DNA of 64,000 nt from Anaerolineales bacterium (lineage in GTDB: Bacteria > Chloroflexota > Anaerolineae > Anaerolineales > Villigracilaceae), in NCBI GenBank assembly GCA_024710905.1, contig JANJTV010000065.1:20985-84984 (forward strand), given 5' to 3'. Positions 38,660 through 47,483 of the stretch are shown here, in pieces. The position numbers and the translations under genes were made by a program. Each line of letters opens with the position of its first letter. Position 1 is the first letter of the stretch. The notes under the pieces were generated by a model. The model ran no database searches. It was not told the DNA's origin and was given only the letters and a program-made list of their open reading frames with translations.

Positions 38660-39901
38660 ATGTTTCAGAAAAAGCAAAAAGGACAGGCCCTGATCCTGAT
38701 TACACTATCCATTGTCGGCGTCGTCGGCCTGGCCGCGCTGGCCATTGACGGCGGGAACGCCTTCATGGTTCGCCGTGATGCCCAAGGCGCAGCAGATGCG
38801 GCTGCCCTGGCCGGAGCGTTAGCCAAACACAGGGGGGAAACAATCAGCACGGTTGCGCAGGCCCGTGCAACTTCAAACGGGTTTACCAACAATGGCACCA
38901 CCAACACAGTGGTCGTCAATAACCCGCCGGGGAATAGCTGTGATGGAACGCCAGGCCCGTATTTTGGTGACTCGGAATATGTCCAGGTGCTCATCACCAC
39001 CACCACAGAAACCTTCTTCGCAACAATCGTTGGCATTGCCGAAACCGAATCGTGCGTGGAGGCTGTTGCCCGCGCAAAAACCGGCGGCACGGCCGCGCCA
39101 TTCTTTGGGAATGCGGTCGTGGGCCTAAACCCCAACGGGTATGGGTTTGATGCCTGGGGCAACTCAGACTGGATCATTGAAGGCGGCGGTGTTTTCACCA
39201 ATGACGACGCGATCAAGAAGAATAACAAAGACAATGTAACGTTCGTAGATGGACATTGTGTCACCTCGGTAGGCGTCGCACAATACTTTACCGATTGCAC
39301 CCCCAGCCAGAACAATTCTGGCATGGCCCTGGCCTACCCGGACGATATCTACGCCTTGTTGCCACCCACCCCGCCCTGTGACGGGGTGGCCTACCGCGGG
39401 GGCGATGGTCGGTTATATGAGCAGGTTGGGTACGAAGGTCGCGGCAGCATCGTGGACCATTTTGAAGATGACTATGCCCCCGGCCTGTATTGCATCACCA
39501 ACGCCAATGGCAATATGCACGGCACGACTTCAGGCACAGGGGTTACATTCTATATCATGGATCCTGACTTTACCCTGCGCTTCAACGGCGGCGGAGGCTT
39601 TGCCGTCTCCGCCCCGACCAGCGGCACCTACAAAGGCATCCTGATGTTCTCCGGCATCACCGCCAGCCCGTGCACCCAGGACCTTGAATATCGCGGCAAT
39701 GGCACCAGCGATAACGTTGGCACCATCTTCCTGCCCTCGGCCTGCATCGACGTGCGCGGCAACGGCAGCAGCAGCGAAACCAATTCCCAGATCATCGGGT
39801 ATACGGTCAGTTCCAACGGTACAGGTGATGTTTACATCAATTATAACGACGATGACAACTACCAGATTTACACCCCGGCCACCATCGAACTAACCCAGTA
39901 A
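38660..39901 (+). CDS. TadG-like (Tad_N) protein, paralog of 34945-36195
   Basis: QKKQKGQALILITLSIVGVVGLAALAIDGGNAF..AQGAADAAALAGA. It shares internal blocks (EYVQVLI..TETFFA) and the C-terminus PATIELTQ, against PATVELTQ in the paralog. Confidence 0.7.
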   Translation: MFQKKQKGQALILITLSIVGVVGLAALAIDGGNAFMVRRDAQGAADAAALAGALAKHRGETISTVAQARATSNGFTNNGTTNTVVVNNPPGNSCDGTPGPYFGDSEYVQVLITTTTETFFATIVGIAETESCVEAVARAKTGGTAAPFFGNAVVGLNPNGYGFDAWGNSDWIIEGGGVFTNDDAIKKNNKDNVTFVDGHCVTSVGVAQYFTDCTPSQNNSGMALAYPDDIYALLPPTPPCDGVAYRGGDGRLYEQVGYEGRGSIVDHFEDDYAPGLYCITNANGNMHGTTSGTGVTFYIMDPDFTLRFNGGGGFAVSAPTSGTYKGILMFSGITASPCTQDLEYRGNGTSDNVGTIFLPSACIDVRGNGSSSETNSQIIGYTVSSNGTGDVYINYNDDDNYQIYTPATIELTQ

Positions 39902-39908
39902 AGTCGAC

Positions 39909-39949
39909 AAAAAAAGATGCTCGAGGGAATTCTCTTGAGCATCTTTTTG
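39909..39949. terminator. bidirectional intrinsic terminator
   Basis: aaaaagatgctcgag-loop-ctcttgagcatcttttt. Confidence 0.7.
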
Positions 39950-39972
39950 ATTTAATGGGCATCTTAAGCAGG

Positions 39973-41223
39973 CTACCCCATGGAGACTGCCATGACATCG
40001 TAATAGGTTCCGGCCCCAAAGCCGTCGAACAAGACGTGATCACCGGGTTTAATCTGCTGTAACTGGCGCAGGAAGGCAATCGCACATGAAGCCGCGCTGA
40101 CATTGCCAAAATCGGGCAGCAGCCACGGCGCCGGGAACTGGATGCCTTCCTTGAGCAGGTTCTTGGCCTTAAGCAGGTTAATCTTATAGTTGGCATGGTG
40201 CGCAATCGCCACATCGATTAATCGCCCCGGCTGGCCCATTTCAACCATCTTATGCTGGTAATCCTGATAGACGTCCAGCACCACTTCCACACCGGTTCGA
40301 ACAAACAACTTGACCATGCCCATCAGCCCGGCCATGACGATCGGCAGGCCGTCCACCGGTTCATGCATCATCCCTGCCACACAGATGGAACTGGCATCTG
40401 GGCGGGAGACTTCCACCAGCGACTTGCCTGGGTGGATTTCACGCGAATGCGGGTAATACATGCGAACCTGCAGCAGGCCCTCTTCATCATAGTTTTCATG
40501 GCTGCGGCCAGCCAGCAGGTTGATGTTCTCGCCGGGCACAATGCCAATCGCGCCCATCCCATTGCCAAATAACTGCAGCGCATTTTTATCCCGTGCGTGG
40601 CTGGTAAAACGGCTCAGGCCTTCAATGCCGCCAAACAGGACGCGCTTGCCCTGTAATTCCTCGGCAATATTTATGCCGCCGGTTTCACCCAATTGTGGAT
40701 TAATCGCCAGGTTAAGCGAACCCATCGACCCATCGCAGGCCTTGTGTACGGTAACTTTTAATGCATCTTCCCCAATGCCCGCCCGGCGGGAAATTTCGGC
40801 CAGGAAGTCATTCGAAACCGGACAACTGGTGCCCACCAAGACACCCTGCACGTCGCCGGGCTCCCAACCGCTGGTTTCAGCGGCAGCCTTAAGCAGGTGC
40901 GCGCCAACCTCCAACTCCAATTCAAGGTGGTCCGCTTCGTTCAGGTCGGGGATGTGGTGGCGGTGATGGAAGCCAAGTTCCGAGAGGTTCAAGATGTCTG
41001 TGGGGGCCAACTCTTCGCCAAGGCGGTTGCCAACGAAACCGGGAAGGGTATCGTTGCTATAGCTGTGCCCCCAGGCGCCATACGCGCCGCCAATGCCTAA
41101 CGCGCTGTTGAACACCCGCTCAATCCCATACGGAACACCCTCACCATAAGGCAGCTGGCCGATTTCAATCCCTGGGCGCTCATAAAAGGATGGTACTGTT
41201 TCAGGGGTGGTATTCTCTGTCAT
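39973..41223 (-). CDS. KAS III (FabH)-like / thiolase-fold condensing enzyme, divergent
   Basis: Cys-His-Asn triad contexts HKACDGSMGSL, IAHHANYKI and FGNVSAASCAI. At 416 aa it is larger than canonical FabH. Confidence 0.7.
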   Translation of the reverse strand: MTENTTPETVPSFYERPGIEIGQLPYGEGVPYGIERVFNSALGIGGAYGAWGHSYSNDTLPGFVGNRLGEELAPTDILNLSELGFHHRHHIPDLNEADHLELELEVGAHLLKAAAETSGWEPGDVQGVLVGTSCPVSNDFLAEISRRAGIGEDALKVTVHKACDGSMGSLNLAINPQLGETGGINIAEELQGKRVLFGGIEGLSRFTSHARDKNALQLFGNGMGAIGIVPGENINLLAGRSHENYDEEGLLQVRMYYPHSREIHPGKSLVEVSRPDASSICVAGMMHEPVDGLPIVMAGLMGMVKLFVRTGVEVVLDVYQDYQHKMVEMGQPGRLIDVAIAHHANYKINLLKAKNLLKEGIQFPAPWLLPDFGNVSAASCAIAFLRQLQQIKPGDHVLFDGFGAGTYYDVMAVSMG

Positions 41224-41346
41224 GGTTGCATTCTCCTAATAGTAGATCTATTTGGAGAATATAACCCCATCCAGCGCAAGAGGCTACTCTTTTGGCCGGC
41301 AAAAACGATATAATCCAGCATATTCCCCGACTGGAGAATTGCCCGT

Positions 41347-41781
41347 ATGCGCCCTGATTGGGATAGTTACTTTCTCAAGATCGCTTATGCCGTTTCCGAA
41401 CGTTCCACCTGCGACCGTGCCTTTGTCGGTTGTGTCCTGGTGCGCGAAAAACGCATCCTGACCACTGGTTTCAACGGTTCGCCCGCCGGGCAGGATCACT
41501 GTGACGAAGCGGGCCACCTGATGGTGGAGGGTCATTGCGTACGCACCATCCATGCTGAAACAAATGCCATTATCCAGGCCGCCCTGCACGGGGTTTCCAC
41601 CAAGGGTGCAACCTGCTACGTCACCCACCTGCCCTGCATCAACTGCACCAAGGCGCTCATTAACGCCGGCGTCACCCGGATTGTCTATAACGTTTCCTAT
41701 CGCACCGATGAAAATGCCATGACTTTCCTGCAGGCGGCTTCCATCGAGGTGGCCCAGAAACAACTGGCAAACGAGGCTTGA
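41347..41781 (+). CDS. dCMP (deoxycytidylate) deaminase
   Basis: Zinc motifs HAETNAI and PCINCTKALINAG. Confidence 0.85.
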   Translation: MRPDWDSYFLKIAYAVSERSTCDRAFVGCVLVREKRILTTGFNGSPAGQDHCDEAGHLMVEGHCVRTIHAETNAIIQAALHGVSTKGATCYVTHLPCINCTKALINAGVTRIVYNVSYRTDENAMTFLQAASIEVAQKQLANEA

Positions 41782-42407
41782 TGGATACACGCATATTATT
41801 GGAGGCGGTTGGCTACCTTGGCTCCATCCTGGTCGCCATCTCGCTGATGATGAAATCCCTTTTACGCCTGCGACTGATCAACCTGGTCGGGGCCAGCGTT
41901 TTCACCCTGTACGGCATCCTGATCGGCGCCGTCCCGGTCGTCCTGCTCAACGGGCTGATCGTGGGAATTGACATTTATTACCTGTACCAAATGTGGCGGC
42001 AAAAGGATTACTTCTCACTGCTGGAAGTCAATCCCGAAGGCGCCTACCTTCAACAATTCCTGACCTATTACGCCGCCGACATCAACCAGTTCCTGCCCGG
42101 CTTTAATCACAACCCCACCCAGAAAGACACCGCCCTGTTCATCCTGCGCAACATGGTTCCTGCAGGCCTGCTATTGTTTACCACCGAAGGCGAAACCGCC
42201 ACCGTACGCCTCGATTTTGTTATCCCCGGCTACCGCGATTTCAAAATCGGCAATTTCCTTTACGAAGAAAATGCGGTTTTTTTCGCCAATCGCGACATCC
42301 GGCAAGTTGTCTCCTCGCCGGGTAATGCGGTCCACCAAACCTACCTGCGGCGTATGGGTTTCATTCAGCAAGAAAATGGGCTGTTTACCCGATCTATCCG
42401 CGCCTGA
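41778..42407 (+). CDS. membrane protein (3-TM YgjV-like N-terminus) with an unknown soluble C-terminal domain
   Basis: ATGA overlap with the upstream stop. The N-terminal 75 aa is hydrophobic. Confidence 0.5.
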   Translation: MMDTRILLEAVGYLGSILVAISLMMKSLLRLRLINLVGASVFTLYGILIGAVPVVLLNGLIVGIDIYYLYQMWRQKDYFSLLEVNPEGAYLQQFLTYYAADINQFLPGFNHNPTQKDTALFILRNMVPAGLLLFTTEGETATVRLDFVIPGYRDFKIGNFLYEENAVFFANRDIRQVVSSPGNAVHQTYLRRMGFIQQENGLFTRSIRA

Positions 42408-43011
42408 AAACACAATGCGCATTGCCGCGCTCGTCCTGCTCCAGTTTCGCAACCTGCTCGACAGTTTCGCCCAGCAGGGCGCGCAACAAGGCCGCATCCA
42501 TCCGGCATAACCCCGGTTGATTCCCGATGACACGCCAGTACGGGCAATTCCCCAGCACCACCTGCGGCCCCCCGGCGTGCGCCTCCCAGCGGGCATCATA
42601 TTGCAGGTGATTTAGATGTTCTACGGCCAGCCCCAGCCGCCGCACAGGGTTTTTCTCAGCTACGGCCTGGTTCCCCGCCGCCAACCGGGAAGCAAGCTCC
42701 CCCCAGCCCTGCTCCAGTTGCTCTGGCGTTTTCCCGGCCAGGAGCGCCTCCACCAACCCGGCCAGCCCATCCCCGGCACTCATCCGCCGCAGGCGAAATT
42801 GCTTCTGAGGTCGGCCCCTGCCGCCCAACGGCATACGCACGCCGGAAACCTCCAGCAACCCATCGGCAACCATCCCCGCCAGGTGATGGCGCGCATCCGC
42901 CCCGCCAACCTGCAAGGCCCGCGCGGCATCCGCTGAGGTCACCGATCCCTGCCGCCTCACCAGGGCGAGGATTTTTTGCCTAACACTGCTCCGGGTCATG
43001 ACATTCATCAT
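42394..43011 (-). CDS. winged-helix (ArsR/MarR-like) transcriptional regulator
   Basis: N-terminal VRQKILALVRRQGSVTSADAARALQVGGADARHHLAGMVADGLL. The exact start codon is uncertain. Confidence 0.55.
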   Translation of the reverse strand: MMNVMTRSSVRQKILALVRRQGSVTSADAARALQVGGADARHHLAGMVADGLLEVSGVRMPLGGRGRPQKQFRLRRMSAGDGLAGLVEALLAGKTPEQLEQGWGELASRLAAGNQAVAEKNPVRRLGLAVEHLNHLQYDARWEAHAGGPQVVLGNCPYWRVIGNQPGLCRMDAALLRALLGETVEQVAKLEQDERGNAHCVFRRG

Positions 43012-43058
43012 CCTTTTGTCATATCTTATTTATGCAAACGTATTTTAGCATAAATAAG

Positions 43059-43087
43059 TTGCGTAATATTTCACATCCAACTATAAT
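43059..43087 (+). promoter_or_regulatory. candidate promoter TTGCGT-17-TATAAT placing +1 on the GTG of the IscX-like gene
   Basis: The -10 hexamer is at 43082-43087. The GTG starts at 43094, 7 nt after the hexamer. There is no SD. Confidence 0.45.
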
Positions 43088-43093
43088 CCAGTC

Positions 43094-43297
43094 GTGAGTT
43101 TGAACTGGGAAGCGACCTATGCCATCGCCCTGGCCCTGAAGGGAAAGTACCCCGAGGCGGACCTGCAAGACGTTTCTCTCCAACAAATCTACCAGTGGAC
43201 GATTGCACTGGATGAGTTCGAAGACGACCCGGCCCTGGCCAACGATGACATCCTGGCCCGGATTTACCAAGATTGGTTTGAGGAGACCCTTTCATGA
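43094..43297 (+). CDS. iscX: IscX (YfhJ)-like Fe-S assembly accessory protein
   Basis: The 67-aa product [64 protein letters not shown] aligns end to end with E. coli IscX as recalled from memory ([64 protein letters not shown]). GTG start. The stop overlaps the nuoB ATG (ATGA). Confidence 0.75.
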   Translation: MSLNWEATYAIALALKGKYPEADLQDVSLQQIYQWTIALDEFEDDPALANDDILARIYQDWFEETLS

Positions 43298-43941
43298 GCA
43301 ATTTAGAACTCAACTCCCCCGGCTACAGCATTCCACCAGAAATGGAACACACTGTCGCCATCACCACCCTCGATAAAATTTACAATTTTGGTCGGCGCTC
43401 CTCCATCTGGCCGTTGATGTTCGGCCTGGCCTGCTGCGCCATCGAGATGATCGCCGCACAGGCCGCCCGTTATGATCTGGCCCGCTTTGGCATGGAAGTC
43501 ATGCGCCCCAGCCCGCGCCAGGCTGACCTGATGATCGTCTCCGGCACTGTCACCAAGAAGATGGTCCCCGCCATTGTGCGCCTTTACAACCAGATGCCCG
43601 AGCCGAAATATGTCGTGGCTATGGGTGCCTGCGCTTCCGGTGGCGGCCCTTTCAAGGAAGGCTACAACGTGGTGGCGGGCATCGATAAATTCATCCCCGT
43701 AGATGTTTACATCCCCGGCTGCCCGCCCACCCCGCAGGCGCTGGTCTATGGCCTGATCAAGTTACAGGAAAAAATTGACCGGCAGTCCCTTAAAGAAGTG
43801 CGCTGGTACAAGAAGGGCGAAGACAGTGTTTCCATCCCAATTCCTTACCTCGGGCCTGACCTGATCGACCCGCGCCGCATCCCTGAGATCAAGAGCAAAG
43901 CCGCTGAGTTGGCCAACACACCCGCCAAGCCACAGGCATAG
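43294..43941 (+). CDS. nuoB: NADH-quinone oxidoreductase subunit B
   Basis: [20 protein letters not shown] and PGCPP (N2 cluster ligands). Confidence 0.93.
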   Translation: MSNLELNSPGYSIPPEMEHTVAITTLDKIYNFGRRSSIWPLMFGLACCAIEMIAAQAARYDLARFGMEVMRPSPRQADLMIVSGTVTKKMVPAIVRLYNQMPEPKYVVAMGACASGGGPFKEGYNVVAGIDKFIPVDVYIPGCPPTPQALVYGLIKLQEKIDRQSLKEVRWYKKGEDSVSIPIPYLGPDLIDPRRIPEIKSKAAELANTPAKPQA

Positions 43942-43950
43942 GAGAGAGCC

Positions 43951-45693
43951 ATGACCACACCCGCAATTGAAACCCTCGACCTTGCCGCAAAATTCCCCGA
44001 TGTCGTGACTGCCGATACCCGCCCCGGCTATTCCGGCTGGCTGGTGCAGGCCGCAAACCTGACCGAGTTTGCCACCTTCGTGCGCGACGAGCTGGGCTAC
44101 GATTTATTGTCCTCCGTTACCGGCGTGGATTACCTGGCTGAAAACCTGTTCGAAGTCGTGTATCACGCCTACAAAACCACGGGGGGGCCTGCCCTGGTCT
44201 TCAAGGTGCAGATCCCCCGCCAGGACCCGGCCGAAATCGATTCGGTCACGCCCATCTGGCCCGGCGCAGACTTCCAGGAACGCGAGATCTGGGACCTGTT
44301 TGGGATTAACTTCAAGGGACACCCTGACCTGCGTCGCATCCTGATGTGGGAGGGTTTCCAGGGTCACCCGATGCGCAAGGATTGGAAGGAAGCCTTCTAC
44401 GAAGAAGAAGCCAAGCCGTTCAAGAGCCGCTGGCCGGACGGAAACCATGTCTATTCCGAAAACAAGAACCCGTTCAGCGACAACATCATGTTTGAGGCCG
44501 GGTTCGACCCCGAAAAGTGGACCCCGACCGACCCGGAAGAAGCGCTGTACAAATCGCTCAAAAACTATAAGACCGAGATCAATGACGGCATTAAGACCGA
44601 TCATATTGTGATTAACATGGGCCCGCATCACCCGTCCACGCACGGCGTGTTCCGAGCGGTGGTGGTGGTCAACGGCGAAGAAGTGGTCAGCCTGAAACCT
44701 GTCATGGGGTACCTGCACCGCAATCACGAAAAAATTGGCGAACGCAACACCTACCTTCAGAATATCCCGTATACCGACCGGTTGGATTATTTCAACAGCA
44801 TGTCCAACAACTGGGCCTATGCCCTGGCGGTAGAAAAACTGATGGGCATCCAGGTTGCCGAGCGCGCGGATTATATCCGCGTGATCATGGCCGAACTGAG
44901 CCGCATCCAGAACCACCTGATTCTGTTTGGCATGCTGTGGAACGACCTGGGCGCGTACTTTACGCCCGCCCTGTATGTCTTCCAGGAACGTGAACTGATT
45001 CTCGATATCTTCGAGGCAGTGTCAGGCGCGCGCATGATGTGCAACTACTACCGCTTTGGCGGGGTTGTGCGCGACATCCCTGAAGACGCGATGAAGAAAA
45101 TCAAAGACCTGGTCTTTGACCGCCTGCCCAAGAAGATGGAAGAGTTCGAACGCCTGATGAGCGAGAACGAAATCTTTATCTCGCGCATGAAGGGTATTGG
45201 CACGCTGAGCGCCGAGGATGCGATCGCCACCTCGATGACCGGACCGATGTTACGCGCTTCGGGCGTACCCTACGACATCCGCCGGGCGGACCCGTACGGC
45301 ATTTATGATCGCTTTGATTTCAAAGTGGCGGTACGCCACAATGGCGACCTGATGGATCGTTACCTCATCCGCCTGGATGAAATCCAGGAATCGCTCAAAA
45401 TCCTGCAACAGGCCATTCAGCAAATCCCCGAAGGACCGATTAATAGCCAGAAACCCACCTACCAGGTGCGCGTCCCGGCCGGCGAAGCCTACGGGCGCAT
45501 CGAAGGCCCCAAAGGCGAGCTCGGGTTCTATGTGCTTTCAAACGGCAAAGCCAACCCGGCCCGTTATCACGTCCGTTCGCCTTCCTTCATCAACCTGACC
45601 TCGCTGGAAATGACCTGTGTCGGCACCAAGATCGCAGACTTTGTGACCATCCTGGGCGCGGTGGATATCGTGCTCGGTGAACTTGACCGCTAG
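43951..45693 (+). CDS. nuoCD: fused NADH-quinone oxidoreductase subunits C and D
   Basis: NuoC motif [26 protein letters not shown]. NuoD motifs [14 protein letters not shown] and VRSPSFINL...DIVLGELDR. Confidence 0.93.
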   Translation: MTTPAIETLDLAAKFPDVVTADTRPGYSGWLVQAANLTEFATFVRDELGYDLLSSVTGVDYLAENLFEVVYHAYKTTGGPALVFKVQIPRQDPAEIDSVTPIWPGADFQEREIWDLFGINFKGHPDLRRILMWEGFQGHPMRKDWKEAFYEEEAKPFKSRWPDGNHVYSENKNPFSDNIMFEAGFDPEKWTPTDPEEALYKSLKNYKTEINDGIKTDHIVINMGPHHPSTHGVFRAVVVVNGEEVVSLKPVMGYLHRNHEKIGERNTYLQNIPYTDRLDYFNSMSNNWAYALAVEKLMGIQVAERADYIRVIMAELSRIQNHLILFGMLWNDLGAYFTPALYVFQERELILDIFEAVSGARMMCNYYRFGGVVRDIPEDAMKKIKDLVFDRLPKKMEEFERLMSENEIFISRMKGIGTLSAEDAIATSMTGPMLRASGVPYDIRRADPYGIYDRFDFKVAVRHNGDLMDRYLIRLDEIQESLKILQQAIQQIPEGPINSQKPTYQVRVPAGEAYGRIEGPKGELGFYVLSNGKANPARYHVRSPSFINLTSLEMTCVGTKIADFVTILGAVDIVLGELDR

Positions 45694-45704
45694 GAGTGTG
45701 AAAC

Positions 45705-46307
45705 ATGTATGGTAAAGGCTTAATCAAAGGCTTGGGCGTCACCGCCAAACGTTTCTTCGACTCCTATGTGGAGGACATCCGCTGGTTCTTCCGGCGGTAC
45801 GACCGGGTGGAATTCCGCTCTGGCAAGGACCAACGCGGCACATTCACCATTGAATACCCTGAACAGCGGGTTGCCGAGACGGAAGAATTCCGCTACATCC
45901 CCTTCCTCGTCTATGATGAAAAACCGGACGGAGAAAAGGAAGTGCGCTGCACCTCCTGTGGCATTTGCGCCAAGGTCTGCCCGCCGCAATGCATCTGGAT
46001 CGTGCGCACCAACGACCCGGCCACCGGCCGCCCGGTACCTGTACCGGCTGAATTCTTCATTGACGCCGATGTGTGCATGAACTGCGGCTTTTGCGCCGAG
46101 TACTGCCCGTTTGATGCGATCAAGATGGATCACGATTTTGAGATTGCCGGGCCAAACCGCAACCTGCTCAACAAGGAAGCCCTGCTCAAATCGGCCAACT
46201 ACTACCAGTCCATTCGCCCGCTCAATTACGCCCGCGAAGAGGAAGCGCGGCGCGCCAAGGAAGCTGCCAAGGCCGCCAAGGCCGCTGAAAATACAGCCGC
46301 CGCATAG
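45705..46307 (+). CDS. nuoI: NADH-quinone oxidoreductase subunit I (2x[4Fe-4S])
   Basis: CTSCGICAKVCP and CMNCGFCAEYCP. There is a Lys/Ala-rich C-terminal tail. Confidence 0.9.
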   Translation: MYGKGLIKGLGVTAKRFFDSYVEDIRWFFRRYDRVEFRSGKDQRGTFTIEYPEQRVAETEEFRYIPFLVYDEKPDGEKEVRCTSCGICAKVCPPQCIWIVRTNDPATGRPVPVPAEFFIDADVCMNCGFCAEYCPFDAIKMDHDFEIAGPNRNLLNKEALLKSANYYQSIRPLNYAREEEARRAKEAAKAAKAAENTAAA

Positions 46308-46317
46308 CACGATCAAA

Positions 46318-46362
46318 ACAGCCAGCAGGTTGAAAGTGGTATACTTTCAACCTGCTGGCTGT
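46318..46362 (+). terminator. long hairpin / terminator directly after nuoI
   Basis: 20-bp perfect stem acagccagcaggttgaaagt-ggtat-actttcaacctgctggctgt. Confidence 0.6.
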
Positions 46363-46396
46363 TTAAGCGCAGACATCTTTTATTGATAGGAAAACC

Positions 46397-47467
46397 ATGA
46401 CACAGATTACCTACGAAACCATCATGGCCGCCCTGGGAACCGTGCAAGACCCCGATTTACACCAAGATCTGGTTATCCTGGGCATGGTGCGTGATGTAAA
46501 AATTGACGGCAGTTAAGTCTCGTTCCCTGTCATGCTGACCACCCCGGCCTGCCCCCTGAAAGGCAAGATTGAAAAAGACGCCCGCGATGCAGTACTGGCG
46601 ACTGGCGCGGGTAAGGTGAACATCAAAATGGATTCGGATGTGCCGCATGACGGCCGCAACCGCGGTATTGTCACCACGCCCATTCGCAATGCCATTGCAG
46701 TGGCTTCCGGCAAGGGTGGCGTGGGCAAAAGCACCGTCTCGGTTAACCTGGCGGTTGCCCTGGCGCAGAGCGGCGCGCGCGTTGGCCTGATGGATGCCGA
46801 TATTTACGGCCCGAACCTCCCCACCATGCTCGGCGCGCCGCGCATGCCCACCCCCAAGGAAAACCGCCTGATGCCTGCAGAGGCGCATGGCGTAAAACTG
46901 ATGTCCATGGGCTACCTGGTCAAACCCGGCCAGCCGCTCATCTGGCGCGGCCCAATGCTCAACAGCGCCATTCGCCAGTTCTTGAGCGATGTGGAATGGG
47001 GCGAACTGGATTACCTGATCATTGACCTGCCGCCCGGCACGGGCGATGCGCCGCTCTCGCTGGCCCAGGCCCTGCCGCTTTCCGGTGTGGTAATCGTTAC
47101 CCTGCCCCAGCAGGTCTCACTGGAAGATGCCAGCCGCGGCCTGGAAATGTTCCGCACATTGAATGTGCCCATCCTCGGCGTGATCGAAAACATGAGCTAT
47201 CTGACCCTGCCCGACGGCACGAAGATGGATGTTTTTGGCCAGGGTGGTGGTGAAGCCATGGCCAACCACTACGAGGTACCCTTCCTCGGCGCAATACCAA
47301 TGAACCCCAGCGTACGGATTGGCGGCGATAACGGAACCCCGATTGTGGTGAGCCAGCCCGAAAGTGATGCCGCGAAGGCCATGCTTGTGCTGGCCGAAAC
47401 GGTTGCCGCGCGCGTCAGCATTGCAGCCCTGAGCGGCAGCAATGAAATCCCCATATCGATTGAATAA
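46397..47467 (+). pseudogene. mrp: Mrp/ApbC/NUBPL-type Fe-S cluster carrier ATPase interrupted by an in-frame TAA at 46514-46516
   Basis: ATG 46397 gives MTQITYETIMAALGTVQDPDLHQDLVILGMVRDVKIDGS, then TAA. The same frame continues VSFPVMLTTPACPLKGKIE (DUF59/MIP18 domain), then the P-loop ASGKGGVGKSTVSVNLA and CPxC-less DLPPGTGD. The tracked ORF starts only at ATG 46532. Confidence 0.75.
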
Positions 47468-47483
47468 CCTGACTGGTACCCTT

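Noticed and set aside
38545-38748. A 67-aa ORF upstream of, and overlapping, the second TadG-like gene; I considered it as a possible Flp pilin.
   Set aside because: It has no G/xxxxEY-type Flp motif and no hydrophobic helix. It overlaps the better-supported start at 38660, which has an AAAGGAG RBS.
43951-45693. The possibility that nuoB-CD-I encodes a group-4 [NiFe] hydrogenase-like (Ech/Mbh-type) module rather than complex I subunits.
   Set aside because: The NuoD part has [10 protein letters not shown] at the N-terminal site and DIVLGELDR at the C-terminus. It therefore lacks the CxxC Ni-Fe ligand pairs, which makes it a genuine NuoD type. No hyp or maturation genes are nearby.
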